This document shows positions 38,201 through 49,700 of a stretch of 64,000 nt of DNA, one piece after another (position 1 is the stretch's first letter; each line of letters opens with the position of its first letter). The notes beneath the pieces were generated by a model. The model did no database searches. It saw nothing but the letters and a program-made list of their open reading frames with translations, and was not told the origin of the DNA. The position numbers and the translations under genes were made by a program. The stretch spans positions 131,316,001 through 131,380,000 of the forward strand of contig OZ024744.1 in the NCBI GenBank assembly GCA_964016885.1, given 5' to 3'. Source of the DNA: Eledone cirrhosa (taxonomy: Eukaryota).

Positions 38201-40365
38201 TAAGTTAAGTTGGGGCTAAGTTAAGTTGGGGTTATGTTAAGTTGGGGTTAAGTTAAGGTGGGGTTAATTTAAGTTGGGGTCAACTTAAATTGGGGTTAAG
38301 TTAAGTTGGGGTTAAGTTAAGTTGGGGTTAAGTTAAGTTGGGGTTAAGTTAAGTTGGTGTTAAGTTAAGTTGGGGCTTAGTTAAGTTGGGGCTGAGTTAA
38401 GTTGGGGCTGAGTTAAGTTGGGGTTAAGTTAAGTTGGGGTTGAGTTAAGTTGGGGTTAAGTTAAGTTGGGGTTAAGTTAAGTTGGGGTTAAGTTAAGTTG
38501 GGTTTAAGTTATGTTGGGGTTGAGTTAAGTTGGGGTTAAGTTAAGTTGGGGTTCAGTTAAGTTGGGGTTAAGTTAAGTTGGGGTTAAGATGGGGTTAAAT
38601 TAAGTTGGGGTTAAGTTAAGTTGGGGTTAAGTTAAGTTGGGGTTAAGTTAAGTTGGGGTTAAGTTAAGTCGGGGTTAAGTTAAGTCGGGGTTAAGTTAAG
38701 TTAGGGTTAAGTTAAGTTGGAGTTAAGTTAAGTTGGGGTTGAGTTAAGTTGGGGTTGAGTTAAATTGGGGTGGAGTTAAGTTGGGGTTAAGTTAAGTTGG
38801 TGTTGAGTTAAGTTGGGGTTAAGTTAAGTTGGGGTTAAGTTAAGTGCAGTTAAGTTAAGTTGAGGTTAAGTTATGTAGGGGTTAAGTTAAGTTGGGGTTA
38901 AGTTAAGTTGGGGCTAAGTTAAGTTGGGGCTAAGTTAAGTTGGGGCTAAGTTAAGTTGGGGTTCAGTTAAGTTGGGGTTAAGTTAAGTTTGGGTTAAGTT
39001 GGGGTTAAATTAAGTTGGGGTTAAGTTAAGTTGGGGTTAAGTTAAGTTGGGGTTAAGTTAAGTTGGGGTTAAGTTAAGTCGGGGTTAAGTTAAGTCGGGG
39101 TTAAGTTAAGTTAGGGTTAAGTTAAGTTGGAGTTAAGTTAAGTTGGGGTTGAGTTAAGTTGGGGTTGAGTTAAATTGGGGTGGAGTTAAGTTGGGGTTGA
39201 GTTAAGTTGGTGTTGAGTTAAGTTGGGGTTAAGTTAAGTTGGGGTTAAGTTAAGTTGCAGTTAAGTTAAGTTGAGGTTAAGTTAAGTTGGGGTTAAGTTA
39301 AGTTGGGGTTAAGTTAAGTTGGGGCTAAGTTAAGTTGGGGCTAAGTTAAGTTGGGGCTAAGTTAAGTTGGGGTTCAGTTAAGTTGGGGTTAAGTTAAGTT
39401 TGGGTTAAGTTGGGGTTAAATTAAGTTGGGGTTAAGTTAAGTTGGGGTTTAGTTAAGTTGGGGTTAAGTTAAGTTGGGGTTAATTTAAGTTGGCGTTAAG
39501 TTAAGTTGGGGTTAAGTTGGCGTTAAGTTAAGTTGGGGTTGAATTAAGTTGGGGTTGAGTTAATTTAGGGTTAAGTTAAGTTGGGGTTAAGTTAAGTTGG
39601 GGTTAATTTAAATTGGGGTTAAGTTAACTTTGTGGTTAAGTTAAGTTGGGGTAAAGTTAAGTTGGGGTTAAGTTAAGTTGGGGTTGAGTTAAGTTGGGGT
39701 TGAGTCAAGTTGGGGTTAAGTTAAGTTGGGGTTAAGTTAAGTTGGCGTTTATTTAAGTTGGGGTTGAGTTAAGTTGGGGTTGAGTTAATTTAGGGTTAAG
39801 TTAAGTTGGGGTTAAGTTAAGTTGTGTTTAAGTTAAGTTGGGGTTAAATTAAGTTGGGGTTAAGTTAAGTTGGGGGTAAGTTAAGTTGGGGTTAAGTTAA
39901 GTTGGGGTTAAGTTAAGTTGGGGTTAAGTTAAGTTGGGGTCAAGTTAAGTTGGGGTTAAAATTAAGTTGGGGTTAAGTCAAGTTGGGGTTAAGTTAAGTT
40001 GGGGTTAATTTAGTTGGGGTTAAGTTAAGTTGGGGCTAAGTTAAGTTGGGGCTAAGTTAAGTTGCGGCTAAGTTAAGTTGGGGTTAAGTTAAGTTGGGGT
40101 TAAGTTAAGGTGGGGTTAATTTAAGTTGGGGTCAACTTAAATTGGGGTTAAGTTAAGTTGGTTAGTTAAGTTGAGTTTAAGTTAAGTTGGGGTTAATTTA
40201 AGTCGGGGTTAAGTTAAGTTGGGGTTAAGTTAAGTTGGGGTTAAGTTAAGTTGGGGTTAAGTTAATTTGGGGTTCAGTTAAGTTGGGGTTAAGTCAAGTT
40301 GGGGTTAAGTTGGGGTTAAATTAAGTTGGGGTTAAGTTAATTCGTGGTTAAGTTAAGTTGGGGTT

Positions 40366-40790
40366 AACCCCAACTTCACTCAACCCCACCTTAACTCAAC
40401 CCCAACTTAACTTAACCCCAACTTCACTCAACCCCAACTTAACTTAACCCCAACTTCACTCAACCCCAACTTAACTCAACCCCAACTTAACTTAACCCCA
40501 ACTTAACTTAACGCTAACTTAACTTAACCCCGACTTCACTTAACTTCGACTTAACTTAACCCCAACTTAACTTAACCCCAACTTAACTTAACCCCAACTT
40601 AACTTAACCACAAATTAACTTAACCCCAACTTAAATTAACCCCAACTTAAATTAACCCCAACTTAACTTAACCCCAACTTAACTTAACCCCAACTTAACT
40701 CACACCCAACTTAACTTACCCCCAACTTAACTTAACCCCAACTTGACTTAACCCCAACTTAACTTAACCCCAACTTAACTTAACCCCAAA
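40366..40790 (-). repeat. Inverted satellite cassette, duplicate of 34797-35221 (425 bp)
   Basis: Offset 5569. Flank markers GTTGCGGCT (34492 / 40061) and ATTCGTGG (34771 / 40340) show the same offset. Confidence 0.97.
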
Positions 40791-43700
40791 TTCGGGGTTA
40801 AGTTAAGTTGGGGTTAAGTTAAGTTAGGCTTAACTTAAGTTGGGGTTAAGTTAAGTTGGGGTTATGTTAAGTTGGGGTTAAGTTAAGTTGGTTCGTTAAG
40901 TTGAGTTTAAGTTAAGTTGGGGTTAATTTAAGTTGGGGTGAAGTTAAGTTGGGGTTAAGTTAAGTTGGGGTTAATTTAAATTGGGGTTAAGTTAACTTTG
41001 TGGCTAAGTTAAGTTGGGGTTAAGTTAAGTTGGGGTTAAGTTAAGTTGGGGTTGAGTTAAGTTGGGGTTGAGTGAAGTTGGGGTTAAGTTACGTTGGGGT
41101 TAAGTTAAGTTGGCGTTAAGTTAAGTTGGGGTTGAGTTAAGTTTGGGTTGAGTTAATTTAGGGTTAAGTTAAGTTGGGGTAAAGTTAAGTTGGGTTTAAG
41201 TTAAGTTGGGGTTAAATTAAGTTGGGGTTAAATTAAGTTGGGGTTAAGTTAAGTTGGGGGTAAGTTAAGTTGGGGTTAAGTTAAGTTGGGGTTAAGTTAA
41301 GTTGGGGTTAAGTTAAGTTGGGGTCAAGTTAATTTGGGGTTAAAATTAAGTTGGGGTTAAATCAAGTTGGGGTTAAGTTAAGTTGGGGTTAATTTAGTTG
41401 GGGTTAAGTTAAGTTGGGGCTAAGTTAAGTTGGGGCTAAGTTAAGTTGGGGCTAAGTTAAGTTGGGGTTAAGTTAAGTTGGGGTTAAGTTAAGGTGGGGT
41501 TAATTTAAGTTGGGGTCAACTTAAATTGGGGTTAAGTTAAGTTGGGGTTAAGTTAAGTTGGGGTTAAGTTAAGTTGGGGTTAAGTTAAGTTGGTGTTACG
41601 TTAAGTTGGGGCTTAGTTAAGTTGGGGCTGAGTTAAGTTGGGGCTGAGTTAAGTTGGGGTTAAGTTAAGTTGGGGTTGAGTTAAGTTGGGGTTAAGTTAA
41701 GTTGGGGTTAAGTTAAGTTGGGGTTAAGTTAAGTTGGGTTTAAGTTATGTTGGGGTTGAGTTAAGTTGGGGTTAAGTTAAGTTGGGGTTCAGTTAAGTTG
41801 GGGTTAAGTTAAGTTGGGGTTAAGATGGGGTTAAATTAAGTTGGGGTTAAGTTAAGTTGGGGTTAAGTTAAGTTGGGGTTAAGTTAAGTTGGGGTTAAGT
41901 TAAGTCGGGGTTAAGTTAAGTCGGGGTTAAGTTAAGTTAGGGTTAAGTTAAGTTGGAGTTAAGTTAAGTTGGGGTTGAGTTAAGTTGGGGTTGAGTTAAA
42001 TTGGGGTGGAGTTAAGTTGGGGTTAAGTTAAGTTGGTGTTGAGTTAAGTTGGGGTTAAGTTAAGTTGGGGTTAAGTTAAGTGCAGTTAAGTTAAGTTGAG
42101 GTTAAGTTATGTAGGGGTTAAGTTAAGTTGGGGTTAAGTTAAGTTGGGGCTAAGTTAAGTTGGGGCTAAGTTAAGTTGGGGCTAAGTTAAGTTGGGGTTC
42201 AGTTAAGTTGGGGTTAAGTTAAGTTTGGGTTAAGTTGGGGTTAAATTAAGTTGGGGTTAAGTTAAGTTGGGGTTAAGTTAAGTTGGGGTTAAGTTAAGTT
42301 GGGGTTAAGTTAAGTCGGGGTTAAGTTAAGTCAGGGTTAAGTTAAGTTAGGGTTAAGTTAAGTTGGAGTTAAGTTAAGTTGGGGTTGAGTTAAGTTGGGG
42401 TTGAGTTAAATTGGGGTGGAGTTAAGTTGGGGTTGAGTTAAGTTGGTGTTGAGTTAAGTTGGGGTTAAGTTAAGTTGGGGTTAAGTTAAGTTGCAGTTAA
42501 GTTAAGTTGAGGTTAAGTTAAGTTGGGGTTAAGTTAAGTTGGGGTTAAGTTAAGTTGGGGCTAAGTTAAGTTGGGGCTAAGTTAAGTTGGGGCTAACTTA
42601 AGTTGGGGTTCAGTTAAGTTGGGGTTAAGTTAAGTTTGGGTTAAGTTGGGGTTAAATTAAGTTGGGGTTAAGTTAAGTTGGGGTTTAGTTAAGTTGGGGT
42701 TAAGTTAAGTTGGGGTTAATTTAAGTTGGGGTTAAGTTAAGTTGGGGTTAAGTTGGCGTTAAGTTAAGTTGGGGTTGAATTAAGTTGGGGTTGAGTTAAT
42801 TTAGGGTTAAGTTAAGTTGGGGTTAAGTTAAGTTGGGTTTAAGTTAAGTTGGGGTTAAATTAAGTTGGGGTTAAATTAAGTTCGGGTTAAGTTAAGTTGG
42901 GGGTAAGTTAAGTTGGTGTTAAGTTAAGTTGGGGTTAAGTTAAGTTGGGGTTAAGTTAAGTTGGGGTCAAGTTAAGTTGGGGTTAAAATTAAGTTGGGGT
43001 TAAGTCAAGTTGGGGTTAAGTTAAGTTTGAGTTAATTTAGTTGGGGTTAAGTTAAGTTGGGGCTAAGTTAAGTTGGGGCTAAGGTAAGTTGGGGCTAAGT
43101 TAAGTTGGGGTTAAGTTAAGTTGGGGTTAAGTTAAGGTGGGGTTAATTTAAGTTGGGGTCAACTTAAATTGGGGTTAAGTTAAGTTGGGGTTAAGTTAAG
43201 TTGGGGTTAAGTTAAGTTGGAGTTAAGTTAAGTTGGGGTTAAGTTAAGTTGGTGTTAAGTTAAGTTGGGGCTAAGTTAAGTTGGGGCTGAGTTAAGTTGG
43301 GGCTGAGTTAAGTTGGGGTTAATTTAAGTTGGGGTTGAGTTAAGTTGGGGTTAAGTTAAGTTGGGGTTAAGTTAAGTTGGGGTTAAGTTAAGTTGGGGTT
43401 GAGTTAAGTTGGGGTTAAGTTAAGTTGGGGTTAAGTTAAGTTGGGGTTCAGTTAAGTTGGGGTTAAGTTAAGTTGGGGTTAAGATGGGGTTAAATTAAGT
43501 TGGGGTTAAGTTAAGTTGGGGTTAAGTTAAGTTGGGGTTAAGTTAAGTCGGGGTTAAGTTAAGTCGGGGTTAAGTTAAGTTAGGGTTAAGTTAAGTTGGA
43601 GTTAAGTTAAGTTGGGGTTGAGTTAAGTTGGGGTTGAGTTAAATTGGGGTGGAGTTAAGTTGGTGTTGAGTGAAGTTGGGGTTAAGTTACGTTGGGGTTA

Positions 43701-46700
43701 AGTTAAGTTGGCGTTGAGTTAAGTTGGGGTTGAGTTAAGTTGGGGTTGAGTTAATTTAGGGTTAAGTTAAGTTGGGGTAAAGTTAAGTTGTGTTTAAGTT
43801 AAGTTGGGGTTAAATTAAGTTGGGGTTAAATTAAGTTGGGGTTAAGTTAAGTTGGGGGAAAGTTAAGTTGGGGTTAAGTTAAGTTGGGGTTAAGTTAAGT
43901 TGAGGTTAAGTTAAGTTGGGGTCAAGTTAATTTGGGGTTAAAATTAAGTTGGGGTTAAATCAAGTTGGGGTTAAGTTAAGTTGGGGTTAATTTAGTTGGG
44001 GTTAAGTTAAGTTGGGGCTAAGTTAAGTTGGGGCTAAGTTAAGTTGGGGCTAAGTTAAGTTGGGGTTAAGTTAAGTTGGGGTTAAGTTAAGGTGGGGTTA
44101 ATTTAAGTTGGGGTCAACTTAAATTGGGGTTAAGTTAAGTTGGGGTTAAGTTAAGTTGGGGTTAAGTTAAGTTGGGGTTAAGTTAAGTTGGTGTTAAGTT
44201 AAGTTGGGGCTTAGTTAAGTTGGGGCTGAGTTAAGTTGGGGCTGAGTTAAGTTGGGGTTAAGTTAAGTTGGGGTTGAGTTAAGTTGGGGTTAAGTTAAGT
44301 TGGGGTTAAGTTAAGTTGGGGTTAAGTTAAGTTGGGTTTAAGTTATGTTGGGGTTGAGTTAAGTTGGGGTTAAGTTAAGTTGGGGTTCAGTTAAGTTGGG
44401 GTTAAGTTAAGTTGGGGTTAAGATGGGGTTAAATTAAGTTGGGGTTAAGTTAAGTTGGGGTTAAGTTAAGTTGGGGTTAAGTTAAGTTGGGGTTAAGTTA
44501 AGTCGGGGTTAAGTTAAGTCGGGGTTAAGTTAAGTTAGGGTTAAGTTAAGTTGGAGTTAAGTTAAGTTGGGGTTGAGTTAAGTTGGGGTTGAGTTAAATT
44601 GGGGTGGAGTTAAGTTGGGGTTAAGTTAAGTTGGTGTTGAGTTAAGTTGGGGTCAAGTTAAGTTGGGGTTAAGTTAAGTGCAGTTAAGTTAAGTTGAGGT
44701 TAAGTTGTGTAGGGGTTAAGTTAAGTTGGGGTTAAGTTAAGTTGGGGCTAAGTTAAGTTGGGGCTAAGTTAAGTTGGGGCTAAGTTAAGTTGGGGTTCAG
44801 TTAAGTTGGGGTTAAGTTAAGTTTGGGTTAATTTGGGGTTAAATTAAGTTGGGGTTAAGTTAAGTTGGGGTTTAGTTAAGTTGGGGTTAATTTAAGTTGG
44901 GGTTAATTTAAGTTGCGGTTAAGTTAAGTTGGGGTTAAGTTAAGTGGTGGTTATGTTAAGTTGGGGTTAAGTTAAGTTGGGGTTAATTTAAATTGGGGTT
45001 AAGTTAACTTTGTGGTTAAGTTAAGTTGGGGTTAAGTTAAGTTGGGGTTAAGTTAAGTTGGGGTTGCGTTAAGTTGGGGTTGAGTGAAGTTGGGGTTAAG
45101 TTAAGTTGGGGTTAATTTAAGTTGGGGTTAAGTTAAGTCGGGCTTAAGTTAAGTTGGGGTTGAGTTAAGTTGGGGTTAATTTAAGTTGGGGCTAAGTTAA
45201 TTTGTGGTTAAGTTAAGTTGGGGTTAAGTTAAGTTGGGGTTAAGTTAAGTTGGGGTTGAGTTAAGTTGGGGTTGAGTTAATTTAGGGTTAAGTTAAGTTG
45301 GGGTTAAGTTAAGTTGGGTTTAAGTTAAGTTGGGGGTAAGTTAAGTTGGGGGCAAGTTAAGTTGGGGTTAAGTTAAGTTGGGGTTAAATTAAGTTGGGGT
45401 TAAGTTTAGTTGGTGTTAAGTTAAGTTGGGGTTTATTTAAGTTGGGGTTAATTAGGTTGGGGCTGAGTTAAGTTGGGGCTGAATTAAGTTGGGGTTAAGT
45501 TAAGTTGGGGTTGAGTTAAGTTGGGGTTAAGTTAAGTTGGGGTTAAGTTGAGTTGGGGTTAAGTTAAGTTGGGGTTTAGTTAAGTTGGGGTTCAGTTAAG
45601 TTGGGGTTAAGTTGGGGTTAAATTAATTTGGGGTTAAGTTAAGTTGGGGTTTAGTTTAGTTGGGGTTAAATTAAGTTGGAGTTAATTTAAGTTGGGGTTA
45701 AGTTAAGTTGCGGGTAATTTAAGTTGGGGTTAAGTTAAGTTGGGGTTAAGTTAAGTTGGGGGTAAGTTAAGTTGGGGGTAAGTTAAGTTGGGGGTAAGTT
45801 AAGTTGGGGTTAAGTTAAGTTGGGGTTAAGTTAAGTTAGGGTTAAGTTAAGTTGGGGTTGAGTTAAGTTGGGGTTAAGTTAAGTTGGGGTTATGTTAAGT
45901 TGGGGTTAAGTTAAGTTGGTTCGTTAAGTTGAGTTTAAGTTAAGTTGGGGTTAATTTAAGTTGGGGTTAAGTTAAGTTGGGGTTAAGTTAAGTTGGGGTT
46001 AATTTAAATTGGGGTTAAGTTAACTTTGTGGCTAAGTTAAGTTGGGGTTAAGTTAAGTTGGGGTTAAGTTAAGTTGGGGTTGAGTTAAGTTGGGGTTAAG
46101 TTAAGTTGGCGTTAAGTTAAGTTGGGGTTGAGTTAAGTTTGGGTTGAGTTAATTTAGGGTTAAGTTAAGTTGGGGTAAAGTTAAGTTGGGTTTAAGTTAA
46201 GTTGGGGTTAAATTAAGTTGGGGTTAAATTAAGTTGGGGTTAAGTTAAGTTGGGGGTAAGTTAAGTTGGGGTTAAGTTAAGTTGGGGTTAAGTTAAGTTG
46301 GGGTTAAGTTAAGTTGGGGTCAAGTTAATTTGGGGTTAAAATTAAGTTGGGGTTAAATCAAGTTGGGGTTAAGTTAAGTTGGGGTTAATTTAGTTGGGGT
46401 TAAGTTAAGTTGGGGCTAAGTTAAGTTGGGGCTAAGTTAAGTTGGGGCTAAGTTAAGTTGGGGTTAAGTTAAGTTGGGGTTAAGTTAAGGTGGGGTTAAT
46501 TTAAGTTGGGGTCAACTTAAATTGGGGTTAAGTTAAGTTGGGGTTAAGTTAAGTTGGGGTTAAGTTAAGTTGGGGTTAAGTTAAGTTGGTGTTAAGTTAA
46601 GTTGGGGCTTAGTTAAGTTGGGGCTGAGTTAAGTTGGGGCTGAGTTAAGTTGGGGTTAAGTTAAGTTGGGGTTGAGTTAAGTTGGGGTTAAGTTAAGTTG

Positions 46701-49307
46701 GGGTTAAGTTAAGTTGGGGTTAAGTTAAGTTGGGTTTAAGTTATGTTGGGGTTGAGTTAAGTTGGGGTTAAGTTAAGTTGTGGTTCAGTTAAGTTGGGGT
46801 TAAGTTAAGTTGGGGTTAAGATGGGGTTAAATTAAGTTGGGGTTAAGTTAAGTTGGGGTTAAGTTAAGTTGGGGTTAAGTTAAGTTGGGGTTAAGTTAAG
46901 TCGGGGTTAAGTTAAGTCGGGGTTAAGTTAAGTTAGGGTTAAGTTAAGTTGGAGTTAAGTTAAGTTAGGGTTGAGTTAAGTTGGGGTTGAGTTAAATTGG
47001 GGTGGAGTTAAGTTGGGGTTAAGTTAAGTTGGTGTTGAGTTAAGTTGGGGTTAAGTTAAGTTGGGGTTAAGTTAAGTTGGGGTTAAGTTAAGTTGCAGTT
47101 AAGTTAAGTTGAGGTTAAGTTAAGTTGGGGTTAAGTTAAGTTGGGGTTAAGTTAAGTTGGGGCTAAGTTAAGTTGGGGCTAAGTTAAGTTGGGGCTAAGT
47201 TAAGTTGGGGTTCAGTTAAGTTGGGGTTAAGTTAAGTTTGGGTTAAGTTGGGGTTAAATTAAGTTGGGGTTAAGTTAAGTTGGGGTTAAGTTAAGTTGGG
47301 GTTAAGTTAAGTTGGGGTTAAGTTAAGTCGGGGTTAAGTTAAGTCGGGGTTAAGTTAAGTTAGGGTTAAGTTAAGTTGGAGTTAAGTTAAGTTGGGGTTG
47401 AGTTAAGTTGGGGTTGAGTTAAATTGGGGTGGAGTTAAGTTGGGGTTGAGTTAAGTTGGTGTTGAGTTAAGTTGGGGTTAAGTTAAGTTGGGGTTAAGTT
47501 AAGTTGCAGTTAAGTTAAGTTGAGGTTAAGTTAAGTTGGGGTTAAGTTAAGTTGGGGTTAAGTTAAGTTGGGGCTAAGTTAAGTTGGGGCTAAGTTAAGT
47601 TGGGGCTAAGTTAAGTTGGGGTTCAGTTAAGTTGGGGTTAAGTTAAGTTTGGGTTAAGTTGGGGTTAAATTAAGTTGGGGTTAAGTTAAGTTGGGGTTTA
47701 GTTAAGTTGGGGTTAAGTTAAGTTGGGGTTAATTTAAGTTGGGGTTAAGTTAAGTTGGGGTTAAGTTGGCGTTAAGTTAAGTTGGGGTTGAATTAAGTTG
47801 GGGTTGAGTTAATTTAGGGTTAAGTTAAGTTGGGGTTAAGTTAAGTTGGGTTTAAGTTAAGTTGGGGTTAAATTAAGTTGGGGTTAAATTAAGTTAAGTT
47901 AAGTTGGGGGTAAGTTAAGTTGGTGTTAAGTTAAGTTGGGGTTAAGTTAAGTTGGGGTTAAGTTAAGTTGGGGTCAAGTTAAGTTGGGGTTAAAATTAAG
48001 TTGGGGTTAAGTCAAGTTGGGGTTAAGTTAAGTTTGAGTTAATTTAGTTGGGGTTAAGTTAAGTTGGGGCTAAGTTAAGTTGGGGCTAAGTTAAGTTGGG
48101 GCTAAGTTAAGTTGGGGTTAAGTTAAGTTGGGGTTAAGTTAAGGTGGGGTTAATTTAAGTTGGGGTCAACTTAAATTGGGGTTAAGTTAAGTTGGGGTTA
48201 AGTTAAGTTGGGGTTAAGTTAAGTTGGGGTTAAGTTAAGTTGGGGTTAAGTTAAGTTGGTGTTAAGTTAAGTTGGGGCTAAGTTAAGTTGGGGCTGAGTT
48301 AAGTTGGGGCTGAGTTAAGTTGGGGTTAATTTAAGTTGGGGTTGAGTTAAGTTGGGGTTAAGTTAAGTTGGGGTTAAGTTAAGTTGGGGTTAAGTTAAGT
48401 TGGGGTTGAGTTAAGTTGGGGTTAAGTTAAGTTGGGGTTAAGTTAAGTTGGGGTTCAGTTAAGTTGGGGTTAAGTTAAGTTGGGGTTAAGATGGGGTTAA
48501 ATTAAGTTGGGGTTAAGTTAAGTTGGGGTTAAGTTAAGTTGGGGTTAAGTTAAGTTGGGGTTAAGTTAAGTCGGGGTTAAGTTAAGTCGGGGTTAAGTTA
48601 AGTTAGGGTTAAGTTAAGTTGGAGTTAAGTTAAGTTGGGGTTGAGTTAAGTTGGGGTTGAGTTAAATTGGGGTGGAGTTAAGTTGGGGTTGAGTTAAGTT
48701 GGTGTTGAGTTAAGTTGGGGTTAAGTTAAGTTGGGGTTAAGTTAAGTTGCAGTTAAGTTAAGTTGAGGTTAAGTTAAGTTGGGGTTAAGTTAAGTTGGGG
48801 TTAAGTTAAGTTGGGGCTAAGTTAAGTTGGGGCTAAGTTAAGTTGGGGCTAAGTTAAGTTGGGGTTCAGTTAAGTTGGGGTTAAGTTAAGTTGGTTAGTT
48901 AAGTTGAGTTTAATTTAAGTTGGGGTTAATTTAAGTTGGGGCTAAGTTAAGTTGGGGTTAAGTTAAGTTGGGGTTAAGTTAAGTTGGGGTTAAGTTAATT
49001 TGGGGTTCAGTTAAGTTGGGGTTAAGTCAAGTTGGGGTTAAGTTGGGGTTAAATTAATCTGGGGTTAAGTTATTGTTGGGGTTAAGTTAAGTTGGGGTTA
49101 AGTTAAGTTGGGGTTAAGTTAAGTTGGGGTTAAGTTAATTTGGGGTTGAGTTAATTTGGGGTTAAGTTAAGTTGGGGTTAAGTTAAGTTGGGTTTAAGTT
49201 AAGTTGGGGTTAAATTAAGTTGGGGTTAAATTAAGTTGGGGTTAAGTTAAGTTGGGGGTAAGTTAAGTTGGGGGCAAGTTAATTTGTGGATAAGTTAAGT
49301 TGTGGTT

Positions 49308-49700
49308 AACCCCAACTTCACTCAACCCCACCTTAACTCAACCCCAACTTAACTTAACCCCAACTTCACTCAACCCCAACTTAACTCAACCCCAACTTAA
49401 CTTAACCCCAACTTAACTTAACCCTAACTTAACTTAACCCCAACTTAACGTAACTTCGACTTAACTTAACCCCAACTTAACTTAACCCCAACTTAACTTA
49501 ACCCCAACTTAACTTAACCACAAATTAACTTAACCCCAACTTAAATTAACCCCAACTTAAATTAACCCCAACTTAACTTAACCCCAACTTAACTTAACCC
49601 CAACTTAACTCACACCCAACTTAACTTACCCCCAACTTAACTTAACCCCAACTTGACTTAACCCCAAATTAACTTAACCCCAACTTAACTTAACCCCAAA
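49308..49700 (-). repeat. Inverted satellite cassette, type A with GTGGAT left flank (393 bp)
   Basis: Same junctions and length as 17507-17899. Confidence 0.97.

Noticed and set aside
45452-45462. Exact TTAGGTTGGGG motif (also at ~54977) and scattered TTAGGG hexamers
   Set aside because: These are isolated single-substitution variants of the consensus copied by duplication, not telomeric tracts.
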